A stretch of DNA of 64,000 bases, taken from assembly GCF_022539665.2 (NCBI RefSeq), contig NC_081334.1:496001-560000 (forward strand), in the 5' to 3' direction. The translations under genes were made by a program, and so were the position numbers. The stretch comes from Daphnia carinata. Lineage: Eukaryota. Under the pieces are notes generated by a model. That model had not been told where the DNA came from and did no database searches. It saw nothing but the letters and a program-made list of their open reading frames with translations. Shown here piece after piece: positions 47,501-59,300 of the stretch. Within the stretch, counting starts at the first letter, position 1. Every line of letters starts with the position of its first letter.

Positions 47501-49207
47501 TCTAGAGACGAATTGTGTAGGAGTCGGAAGAGATCTGACAACGGGAATGAGAAGCTCGCGAGCCCTAATGTTTCAGGCGGGATTGTTTAATTGACACGTG
47601 TGCTATTTTACCTGGTGCGTGACGACGATTCTTTCGCGGTCGCGATCCATCTCTTCTACTTGTTTGTTGAATTCGTTGATTGCTGAACTTGGGAACACAG
47701 TGACGGGAAGATTTTCAACAGGACTTAGCATAATCTCGGAAATTTTCCGAGTATTTGAAACTCCCGGTAGAGTCGGCGCCTGTAAAATGTCAACACTTGA
47801 GAAACATTTTGTTCCCTCCTCCCCTTAACAACAAATTGAACGGAGCAATCCAGAAATCATTTATCCGAGTTATCAATTTTTTAGTCAATGATTTTCAAAG
47901 ATGTGAGGAAAAGACATGAGCAGGTGGCATGCAAATCATTCCAAGAGTCAAACAGAAACATTCAGAAAAAACTGTAATATAATAAGCATTTATTTTTAAT
48001 TTTTGGGGAGATGTAATTTTTAAATGATAAAAGGACGAGCTCATTGAAACCTACTTTTTGACTAACGGCGGCTGGTTCAACAACGGGAGCCGAAGCGACC
48101 GGGCGTGGCTGTTGCGCAAGAGGCAGGCCAGCTCTACAGGTGCGCATCACCATTTGTTGTTTGTTTAATAACCCCCAATTTTAACGTCATTTGAAGCGAA
48201 AATTTCGGTGGGAATAATGATATTTTTAAAAATAGGTAAAAATGTAGTGCACAAAAAAAAAATTAATTCAAAATTGTTGTTTTTCGTTAAATCTACCGGT
48301 GAACGCAGACGTTGATTGTAGTGCCGGCATTCTTAATCATTTCAGCAGCTTCACGATGAGTCATCATGGAGCAAGGATGACCGTTGATTTTCGTCAAAAC
48401 ATCACCCCGGCGCAGTTCGCTACCCACAGCCACCTGATCACACGGACCAACGTCAGTAACAATCATCTTAACACGATCATCTAATCTCTTAACAATGCCC
48501 TCCGATACGAAAAGAATTTTTTAACTTGGGGAATTTGGTGAGAGTCATTAATATAAAATGTTTATATACAGTGGCATATGGTGCTCATGTTTTTCAACAT
48601 TCTCTACTATAGAGACAGAACCCTCCCGATATAACCTGGTCAAATAGGAAATTTGGCCAGCAACGTGAACATTTGACCAACAACAAAACAAAACAAATTG
48701 TGAAAAAGAAAAAACGAGGTCAGTGGAACACAAGTGTACGCGCCGAACTATTGGGTAGGCGGGCTTTCACCCAGAAAACGAATATTTAATTTTAGGCCCG
48801 AGCTTCGGTGCCAAAAGAAGAGAGAACCACGCATCGACACTCGACAAAAGACTTTTCCACATTTTGGCGAGGAAGTTGCGACTGCAGAAACTCAAATGTG
48901 CCCCACCACCCAACCGTGTTTATTATATTCTGGCAAAATAGGCAATCCCCAAATCCAGCCTGGCATTCCGTCTATTTGATTTTAACCATTAGGTCTACCT
49001 GTTAACGATGTGTTTACATAACTAGTTTTTTAAATTATAGACAATGAAATCGAATGATACTAGGCAAAATTGGCAATATAATTTCACCCTTTTGATGATG
49101 AAAGCCTCTCGGATATCGGTGCCTCCTCGGAGACGGAAGCCGAATGGTTCCTTGCATCCATCGCGTTGCAGGGTCACGCTCAACTCGCCGACACTCATGA
49201 CGGCCAT
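44543..49207 (-). CDS. Zasp66: Zasp66-like PDZ + ZM-motif Z-disc protein (~382 aa, no LIM domains)
   Basis: Exons: 49207-49088, 48433-48297, 48133-48055, 47779-47612, 47208-47023, 45987-45880, 45805-45717, 45646-45478, 44635-44543 (sum 1149 nt). PDZ (PFGFRLRGG...ELRRGDVLTKING...MTHREA), QPYRTTPLVLPGAK, ZM motif VHKQFNSPLGLYSNENV, NSETLRAL, C-terminus IQQSYSFKRLMADVLGETDF*. Confidence 0.88.
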
Positions 49208-51922
49208 TAATTGAATGAAAGCTCTCGAAGATCGCTGCTGAGAGTGAGTGAACAACGAAAAGAAAAGGACGACGTGAAGGCACGCCACGAAACAAAATCA
49301 CGATTTGGGTTTTCAAAAGAGAAATCGGATCGGAGACAATTAAAAAAAAAAGAAAGACGACCGAAACTTGAGAGAAGATGTTCAAGTGTTTTCTTTTTCA
49401 ATCAATGGAAAATGAAGCACTGATTCTGTTGTTTTCGTTCGCAAGAGAACAGCGACCGTGTGGGCGTCCACGACTCGCAATAATAGTCGACTGAACAGGC
49501 GGAAAGTCCGCACTCCGGTTACTGGATGCTTCTATATCTCGTCCGTCTAGAACCGGCTGAAGCCTTTTTTGTGTGTGTGTGTGTGTGTGTGTCTTCCTTT
49601 TCTATATACTGATGCTGCTGACGGAAATCTTTTGATTTTCTTGGCACCAGCCTTGTGCCAAAATAAAAACAAAACAACGTACGACACAATTCTTTCGGAT
49701 GCCAGACGAACGTACTGGACGCACGTAAGAAAAAAAAACGAAAACGGGACGCGTAGCGTCGTCAAACATTTTTTAAAAGAAATGCAAAAAAAAACTCCAA
49801 GGGCAAACAGTAGCTACTTAAATGTCCGAAACAAAAAGGTGCAGAGAAGAGCGGCGAACTGTTTTGCAAAAGGTCGACGTACTAAAATTTTCAATGCGCG
49901 CAAATAAAAATAGACAACGACGTGTTTAGCGTCATTTCACATTGTTTCTGCTCTTTTTTTTTCTCCTTTCTCTTCTTTCTATACGTTCCAGCTTCTACGC
50001 AGTTGATTACGCGAACATTTTTGAAGAATACGTGATGCCGGTTGTCATTAGCGCGCATTCAGGAAGCGTTCGAAATTCGCGGTCGTTAAGAACGAAACGA
50101 GGACAAAAGGAAGAAAACAAAATGAGACGTATATACAAAAGACAAGGGAATGAAAAATAAGAGGGTCCTAAAATAGGTGAGCTCTTTATCCGGATGGCCA
50201 GCGCAAAGGTCCGGCCACAAACGCAGGAAAAAAAGAAAAACGGAAATTTCAGAGGGAGGAAACACGCGTGTCGGTTTGGCCATGTCCGATGCTGTTTGTC
50301 TGGCAGCCATTTCAAAACGAGAGGGAAACAGCGTGACACTTAGGCTGAGGAAGAAAAAAGAAATTTCGGGTTCATCAAACCGAAAAGAGGACCTTCCATT
50401 AGCATAAGTCAGACATCCCTTTAAACTCGTTTTGAGTTTCTGGCTGGACAGCCAAGAAAAGAATACTGACTCCACGTGAAATGGAATCGCGTCTGCTGCA
50501 GTTCGGTTATGCCTGAAAAAGTTAATTTCCTTTTCTCTTTCTTTACGTTCCGATCTGAGCTATTTATTCGTCATCGATGAATCAAACATTGTGATTCCTT
50601 TATTTTAGCAGCCGACATGAGTCCATTAAACCCCGAAAGAAGAGGGTCACCACATGCCATTAGAATGACTGGTGCACGAGAAATGTTGTTGATTGCATTC
50701 CAAAGTGGTCGACTCAGTTTCCTATAATTAAATGCATCCCCCTCACGCTGTTGTTCTCGTGAACAATCTAGAGAAATCGGATAATGCCGTTCTTGTACGC
50801 TGACTAGTCTCTTTTCACATTGCGCAGTTTTCTTCTCGAATATTCTGTCGCGCTCTGCTGCCACATTGGTGTTGATGCCTGGCTTGTGATGTAACCACGG
50901 CGCAGAATATTCCGCCATCGCAGGTTTCCATCTTATTCCAAAATGTCGCCTGTCCGATGGCACAGCGACAATTCACTGTGCCAGTGGGATTTAAAACAAA
51001 AAAAAAAATGTTCCTTATCGTCATCGATCATCATCTTATGAATGAGGCAACAAGCAGAATAAAATAATGATAAAAAAATCAACTGTTCGGATGGCGGAGG
51101 AAGAAAAGAAAAAAAAATAATAAGTCAATGCTAAGAATCCGCATACGTGATGCTTTGTGCGCTTGCGTTTTACATTTCCGGAATAATTTTGCTTTGTTTT
51201 TCTTTCCCCATCCGGGAAATAGGTCACGCATCAGGGCAGTGACGTCCCGCGTGATATGGCGCGTGCCCTTTTTTTATATATATATTTTTTTGCTTTGGCT
51301 GGTATGGAGCGTAGCGGGACAGTCGGCAACGTTGCGCTCTAATAAGAATTGGCACACGTTGCAGCGGGAGAAACATCGCAGCTAAAAACGCGGAAATAAG
51401 AATGCGAGTTTCTGTAAGGCGAGGTAACGGCCATCTTTGACCCGCCGACTGTCTAATTATAGAACGGGAGGAAAAGATGTTCGCGTGGGTGTTCGTTTGG
51501 GAAAAGCTTGGGCTAAAAAAAATTGGGGAAATAGATATTGCGCATTTAATAATTATTTTCTAATGGCCCAATCTTCTGTCAGGTATTTCACTAGGCCTTT
51601 ACCTATCATTAGATTTGCTAAATATCTTCCTGAATAATTTTGGTTTCGTTAACAAATAAATAAAAAATAATAATGTTGGATGAACCGGTGTGCAATACTA
51701 CTAATAAAGGTGACATTTTCTATCTGAAATAGCACAAACGACGCCACAACAGTTCACAATGTAAAGCAGGGGATAAAAGTTGGGTCACTCACTAGCATGG
51801 ACAACTTATTTGAAAATAAAAGTACTGAATACCACACAGGGAGAGAGAATGGTCTAGACACGATACAATTTTCCTGTTATCGTGTTGGAAGTATCGAATG
51901 GATTTGGTTAGAATTTACGTAC

Positions 51923-52003
51923 CAGTAACGATGACGATACAGCATCGGGTTCATCGTCCCTCCCCTGATTGCGAGGTACTCGCCAAAATGGCGGTCGACT
52001 CAT
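51923..52003 (-). CDS. Zasp66: Upstream alternative first coding exon of Zasp66-like gene (MSRPPFWRVPRNQGRDDEPDAVSSSLL)
   Basis: aaaATG, 27 codons, CTG|gtacgt in phase 0. RPPFWRVP resembles the RPPFWKVP start I recall from PDZ-less insect Zasp66 isoforms. Confidence 0.6.
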
Positions 52004-55000
52004 TTTTTTTCTTCTTTTCAAAGTTTATAAATACACAGCGCGACCTCTCTGTTTCTTCACAGATAGATAGGCTACACTATCCGGCAATCGTGAGTGATGC
52101 TGAAAGATTTGTTTGAATGGATTTCTCGCAGCCAATGAGATGAAGAGGTAATAAAAAGGTAAGTGGAGGACTTTTTTTTGGAGATGAATGTGAAATACGT
52201 GGGAGGAATTATGTCCAAGGCCAGCAACATGAAACAGGAACAATTAATTAGCGAAATTATTACATTTTCAAATTTTAATTTGTTGTTTTTAATAGAAATA
52301 TTGATTAATTGTTTATCAATCAGCTTGTGATTTGCATATCTTTTAAACGAATTAGCCTCTAAACTATTGCATACGTGTGAACTAAACTGTTATATAATGA
52401 GCTCATTCATTTGATGTACTGTATAGATGAAAAGGGTTAAGATTCGAGCGCCATTTTTTTTTTCAAATAAGAAACAAGACAAGTTTCATGAGAACGTCTT
52501 TGAAATAGAACATATCAAAGAACATTTCAAGCATAATCCAGTTATGATATGTTAAGAATCTTGGCTTATATATCACAAATGTAGTAAAGATTTTTTTTTT
52601 TTTTCAGTTGAGGACTTACTCGTGAAGGGGAATGACGAGACGCCTTGTTGGATGGATGATGTAATCGATCGACGTGAAAAATAATTGAGTGAAACGAAAC
52701 AAAAAGATGATCGAGAGACTTGCGACACGCTGACTCGATGCACGCTCCCGCCTCGAAGACTTGGCCACTGAATAATATCGACGCCGCAATAACTAAAACT
52801 GGCGTTCCTGCTGCTCTGCAGGCTGATTTCCAAGCCGGCTTATGCTGTTGCTGGCGACCGCTCCTCCCCTCCCTTCAACTCGTCCAAACATAGGCTTCCG
52901 CTTCTTTCTCTCTCTTTCACGCAGACTTGGGTCTTGGCTTATCCCGATTGCTTGTATTAACGAGTCCTGTTTTACTTTTGGATTTTTTTTCTCCTGTTTT
53001 TTTTTTTTTTTATCTTATTTCTTTTTTGTATTTTTGAAGGCTATCGTGTCTTATATAGCACCTTGCTTATATATATATATACAGCAGTCACTCTCTCTCT
53101 AGGAGCCCACGCTTATTTTTAAACTCATCCCGTGCGCCCACTCTCTTCTGGCGCCTAGTATAGCAGCAGCAACAACATCTTCTCCTGTCGGGTTTGAGAG
53201 TCTCATCAGTATCACAACAGGACAGCCACACATGCCCCGGTGTCATTTTGTACACAACATAGTTCATATAGGCGTTTTTTTTTTTAGGGGTGGGGCTGTA
53301 TGATAATAATGTCTCGTCTAGTTTACATTGAATGCATCTTCGGCGTGTATTTATATTAGCTGTAAGATTTTGTCTCCGGTATCCCAACAAGCGATGAAAT
53401 GCCAGCCCACACACATGAATCCTCAGAGCTGTAGGGCTATGTACGATAAAGTTGCTAAACTATGTAATGTAATGTTATCAGAAGTTTTGTTTTAATTAAT
53501 CCACGTAGTTTAGTATGATGCGTTCTTTGTATAGGCACACACGTAAGAGGAATTTTTTTTCAAAGGTTTCTTTGGGTAAGAATCGAGACTATATAGACAT
53601 ACGGCTAAAAATGCCCCTGTATGTAATGGTTAAATGTACTGTAGACTTGCAGATATTACGGAATTGCTTTTTTTTTGTTCTCGATTTTCCCCTCCAAGAC
53701 CAAGATGTTTATTATCTTCTTTTGTTTATTTCAATGGTAAAATACCAAACAAATTCGAGGAAATGAAGATTTATTTTGTCGACTTCTGTTGCATCAGCTA
53801 ATAGGACTCATAAACTCTAATCCTTAAAATGCCCAAAAGATGTATGTTTGCATTCTTAGGAATCCAGGACTATATGTTTTGTAAAAAAAAAAAAAACTTG
53901 GGAAATTGAGCCAATGAGGAATTCCTGTTACTGGCTGGAATCAAAATGAAAAATACGTTCCTCTTGCATTTCAACTATGTCGAAAAAGCCAACTATGTCA
54001 CGTAATTAAAAAATCAAAGTGTCGTTTGTTTGCTTTGTCCTTCGTTTTTCTTCATTATCTTGCGGTATCAACGCGGGCACACAATTTTTTTTGTCCGCAA
54101 ACCTTAAGTCAATCCGTCAGGTAAATAAAATCGCCTCAAAGTGATCCACATTACGAGACCGTGGAGGCATAATCAAGACGGTAAAATTCTGCAATACGTT
54201 CACGGTCTGCGCGATGCCGCTCTTGAAATAAAACAACGTTTTGTTTCAATTTCGGCACCAGCTTTTTTCTGTATGCTTAAATTAAGCTTGTTACTTTCTT
54301 AAGTAAGATTTTGCCAATCCCATTTCACTCTGCTGGTTTTTTAAAATGCTACAGGCATTTGGAATGCTAAATAACGAGAATTTTTTTTTGTATGTAATCA
54401 AAGTTGAACGCGATTAACAGCCCCTAATCAGTCTGGGCAATATACCAGAGCAATTACGTGATTTCCCGACATCTTTGTCCTTCACTTTCCTGAAATTATT
54501 TAAAAGTCAAATATTGATTTCCATAGATGTAGCAATCGTTAGAGACGTAGATGATACGCGATTGCATCTGTCAATGATCGATAGATCCCATTGTTCCCGC
54601 TTATACCAGTGCCGGCTGTTGCATGTTAGAAGTGTGTTGATGCTCTAAGAGTCTCATGGCGCTGTCATCGTATGTCCGGAATTGACAGTGTTCTCCAGTT
54701 GGAAGCTCTTCTAGTTGTGGCACCCTGAAAACATCGTTCCTAACGACGCCAACTGGCTAAACCTGAAAGATGAAAAAGTTTAGGCTCTGCAGCATCTCGA
54801 GAACAGGCTCATCAACCTTTCTCTACTAGGTATTTTTGTTGTAAACGTCGCTTTCATTAAATACAACACACATCTGTTTGAGTACGACGTTTGAGGCTGA
54901 ATGAAGTTGTCTGGTTTCATCAAACAACGAAAACGACTGCAAATTGTGAATGAGAAATTGATGAATCCTTTAATCCGTGTTGGACATACTAGTCCAAAAG

Positions 55001-56336
55001 AATCTCTTAAAATTAGTTCCTGTACAATGCAAAAGTAAATGTTCTGCCTGTTTGTTCAGACGTTCGTGCCACAGCAGTCAAAGGTACCATCATTCGATGG
55101 GGAAAATTCGTTAACAGATCAAAAAATTTTACATGTTGCAGTTGTAGTACATAAGTTATTGAATGGCGTCACAGCGTTCACATACGTCCGCAGGCGTAAT
55201 TCATCGGTTTTCCACACTCAGGTAGATATCGAAAATGGCACCGAAACAACCGTAACAATCGATTAATCAAACCGAGCAGACGCAGTTGGCTCGTTTCGTG
55301 CTATTTTTGTTTCAACCAGTAACAGGTAGATTTTCGCAATCATAACTGCCAATTTTTTTTCGTATGGAAAAATTTTAAATGAACTATTATAAACTTGAAT
55401 ACATCCAACAAATTTTTTCATAGCTTTTAGAAATGAAAGATTATTAAAAGGGTATCAGGTTCGTAATGGTTAACCACTTTGCTATACTAGGTTTGATGTG
55501 ATACATGTATAATAACTCCTAGAAAGCTAATCAAACGTACTCTCGTTTCCGATCAACCCCTCGGATAAATCTTTCGCCTTTTACTAAAGATTTCCGTGGT
55601 CGGGAACAATTGATGAGTCTATGACTCAATTTTTGAATGGTGTCTTCTTACGAAGGCACGTGATTTTAGAAACGGAATATGAAGGGTGTGACTATAGTAG
55701 AAACCAACGAAATTGTGTATTGTAATGAAATTTAGCTTGTGCATCCTTGTGGTATGCCAATTAATTCATTGGCGATGGTTTAGCTCTACCGCGTTATGCT
55801 AGCATCGAACGACCAACTGAATTTGATAAATGCCCTACCTCTCTGCACGAAATTTTCTCCAGTGTAATAAACATGTCAGAGTTACATAAGCACTGTTGGT
55901 TGGAATATTCGTAAAGTGTATTCGACTTTAGAGTTGTTGGATTGCAAACACAGTAAACAGTTGTCAAAAGCAGGAAAAAAACGAGAAAATACTTGAAGTT
56001 GGGACAGGCAAAAAAAAGCAATATGATGGCGTACAATCACCATTTCATACTTTCAAAATCGGGTTTGATCTTTCTAATGTGACTGAAGTTTATAGCGCAT
56101 CCGTTAGAACCACTTTTTAAAAATTCAGTTAGTGCCTTAAGGAGCAGGAAAGGATATCACAGAATAGACAAGAGGATTTTAAGTGCAGAAATGTTGTGCG
56201 TCGTTCAGTAAAAACCGTATCAAATTAGCAAGTGAATTTCTGTAACAAGCAGGCATTTTGTTAGAGCAGACGAAAGCATGATAAAATTGGCTAAGATGTC
56301 GCACAAAATGCCGCGAAGTTTTCTGGTTCACAGAAA

Positions 56337-59300
56337 CTACTCGTCGTCTTCAACGCCGTTGGATGCCATAATTTCTGCTTTGATTTGTTCGTATGTTTTC
56401 TGCTCCTAAAACACAAAACGAAAACAAAAAATCGCACGTTGCAAACAAAATCACTATGTAGGATTAGGTCGTCTTGAAACAACGATACATAAATTAGATG
56501 TAACACAAAATGATAAGGGAAAAACCAGCATGCTTTGGTAAAGAAGCAAAAAGCAATCTGAATGAAGTTGACAGTATAGGATAGAATTTAACCCAAACAG
56601 TGAGGTGCACTTTAGAGAAAACTACAAACTGTTGCATCCAACACTCTAAGGGCCCAAAAGATCAGCACAGTGTTTACCGGTAGTGTCATGCAGGTTCAAT
56701 TGGCACACACACAATTTTAGGAAAATGAAACTAAATTGAAAGTGGTTGCTGTGTGTGTGAACTGTAAGATATACAAAGTGTCATAGATTAACATGAAGAG
56801 AGAGCTGAAAACTGCTGTTGGCAAGAGATTACTGGCAAAAAGTTTTAGAGATGAATTTGCTTTTCTTGTTATTATACCTTCCACATGTTTCTATTCCAGG
56901 TGGGGAAAACATCGGTGAAGCTCTCGGGCTCCTGTCTTTGATGAATCATGAATATGAGTGTTGAGTCAACACTACGCTGAGATGGCTCAGTTTTCAAGTA
57001 TTCCTATACACCAGAAAATGAATTACAACAAATGGTGAAATAATAGTGACATGTAGGAGTGATTTACCTGGGCCATCTTGAAACCAGCTGCCCGCTCCTG
57101 ATCTGTAGAATGCAACCCAATCCATACATAGATTTCATGACCAGAGTCCAGTACCATCACATCATCGTCAACCAAATCCTGTTATGAAATTAGAATTTAC
57201 ATGGATTTATCAAGTGAGTTTAAAGTGAAACATTATGTCTCTTTTGATACTTCTTGCTTGAAGGGTTTGATCTCTTCCACTCTTAGACGTCCGGCTATGT
57301 TCAAGATGCAGTGGAAGAGACGAGCCTTCAACACTGGCGGTGGGTCAGGCTGAACAGTGGTGTATGGACCTTTACCACCCAATGCATCCCAAAATCCTTG
57401 GGGCTCTTCTCCTTCCTTAATCGGTTCCAAATCACGACCAGGAGATACAAGATTAGCGATCTCCACTCCAAGGCTCTTCTCGTCATCCGAAGAGGCCTGC
57501 GAATCAGATGGAAATAAATGCCAAAACTATTGCAGATGTAATGAAACGAGACAAGCGTACAACGCCATTCCATAGGTAAGTTTTTGATGGGGTCTCCAGA
57601 ACAAATACGTCATCCGAATTGAGTGAAGAAGCGGTCTCGGCTACCTGTACAGCGCGCATATCGTCAGCTCCATAACCCCGAACCTGTTTATTAAGAGACG
57701 CGGATAGAGTGATTCGATATGGGCGAAATGACCGGTGAAACTTACGTGGAACAAACGGGTTCCATCCACATCGTAACTGTCGTAATCGTGAATGTTGCGG
57801 AATCCACTGGCGTGGCCACCGGTGAAGATGATCATCTTACCTTTAAACATCTTAATAAAGTGACGCGGCTCGTTGCCTTGGGTGAGGCGAACCTGTACTG
57901 CCTTGCCGGCCACTTCGTTATCTAGTCTCATAGCATGGATTGCAGATGCGGCCTTTTCGTCTTGGCTGCTGTCGTTACCCTGAATTCAGTAGACAATGGG
58001 CATTTCATTATTTTGTGTATTTTGCTGTCCCTTTATTTACCTTTATTTACCTGCCAGAAGTAGATGATGTAGCGATTTTTTCCACCAACATTGTAAGTGT
58101 ATTTGATAACATAGGAGTCACCTCCGAAGAACATTCCGTGAGCTGAGGGATCAACTGGTGCCAATTCAAAATTCTCGACGCGATAAATTTCCTTTTGTCC
58201 TGAACCATCGTCGGGTGAAAATCCTGGAGCTGCACCGCCCTGTTTAAGTAACAGGCGAAGTTTGTCTCTATGCAGGGAGCTAACATTGAACTCTAAAGCA
58301 GGATAAAAAAAATAGGTAATTTTTTATAAATTTGTAAAATCCTAAACTTATTGTCTTACCTGCGATGCGACCATTTTTAGTGGGTACAGGGACATGGAAT
58401 TGGGATGTTGTCGTTTCTTCTTTCCAGCTGGCAAAGTATTGCTTAAAGATCGTGGGTTCTCCGCCGTCCACGACGCGGTTAACCTGAAATCACCTCGTTT
58501 CAAATAACTTATTTGATTTCTAATTGACAGATTGTTTACCTTAGTCCAGATTGGATAACCCTTCTCGGTCAAGAACTTTTGAGCCACGTTCATCGCTTCA
58601 AGTTTTTCAGCTTTAGTACATCCTCGGCCGATCCAAACAAAGAGTCCCGATCCTGCAGTATCGAGGATAAAGCAATCCTGTAAGCAAAGTAAAATTTTTC
58701 TCGATAAAACCCTATAATTCTTCTTTATCATTTAGGTGTCACAGTGCGAAAATGTGGATGCTACTTATGCGTAAAGCAAAACCTTACCGAATTTTCGCTT
58801 TCGTCGTTCTTCCGAAATCAAACATTTAATTGTTGGCGTGTTAGTGAAAGCAAAAAGCCCAATTTAAAAAATCAAATGGTTAATGCGTTTCGTGTGAAAA
58901 AAAAAAATTCTCATGAAAAGCGTAAGTAGAAACTGCAAAAATTATATTCAACGAATAATAGGGGGAAATTGATAGGTAGCTAACCTCTCTTTTCAACATA
59001 GATTGCTGTAATGGTTTTTGCCCAATTTCTTCAATCACTAGTTGTCCGCTAGCATCGCTCACGCGGAATAATATCACCGACGACTAGAATATTTAAAAAG
59101 GATTACGAGGGGTTTTCCTCGATGTACCAATACTAATTGAAGTCTTGCCTGTTGCTGCTTCTCAAATAAGATGTCATCGTCCTCGGTAGACCCTTCCGGA
59201 ACATCCATCGGTGAACCACTACCTAGCTCGTTGAAAAACGTGGTAATATCACCCCCGCCACTGAATTCGTCTGCGGTTCACAAATATGGTTATTAAAGTC

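Noticed and set aside
54560..54770. ~50-codon minus-strand open stretch behind a good acceptor upstream of Zasp66
   Set aside because: No recognisable homology or partner exons.
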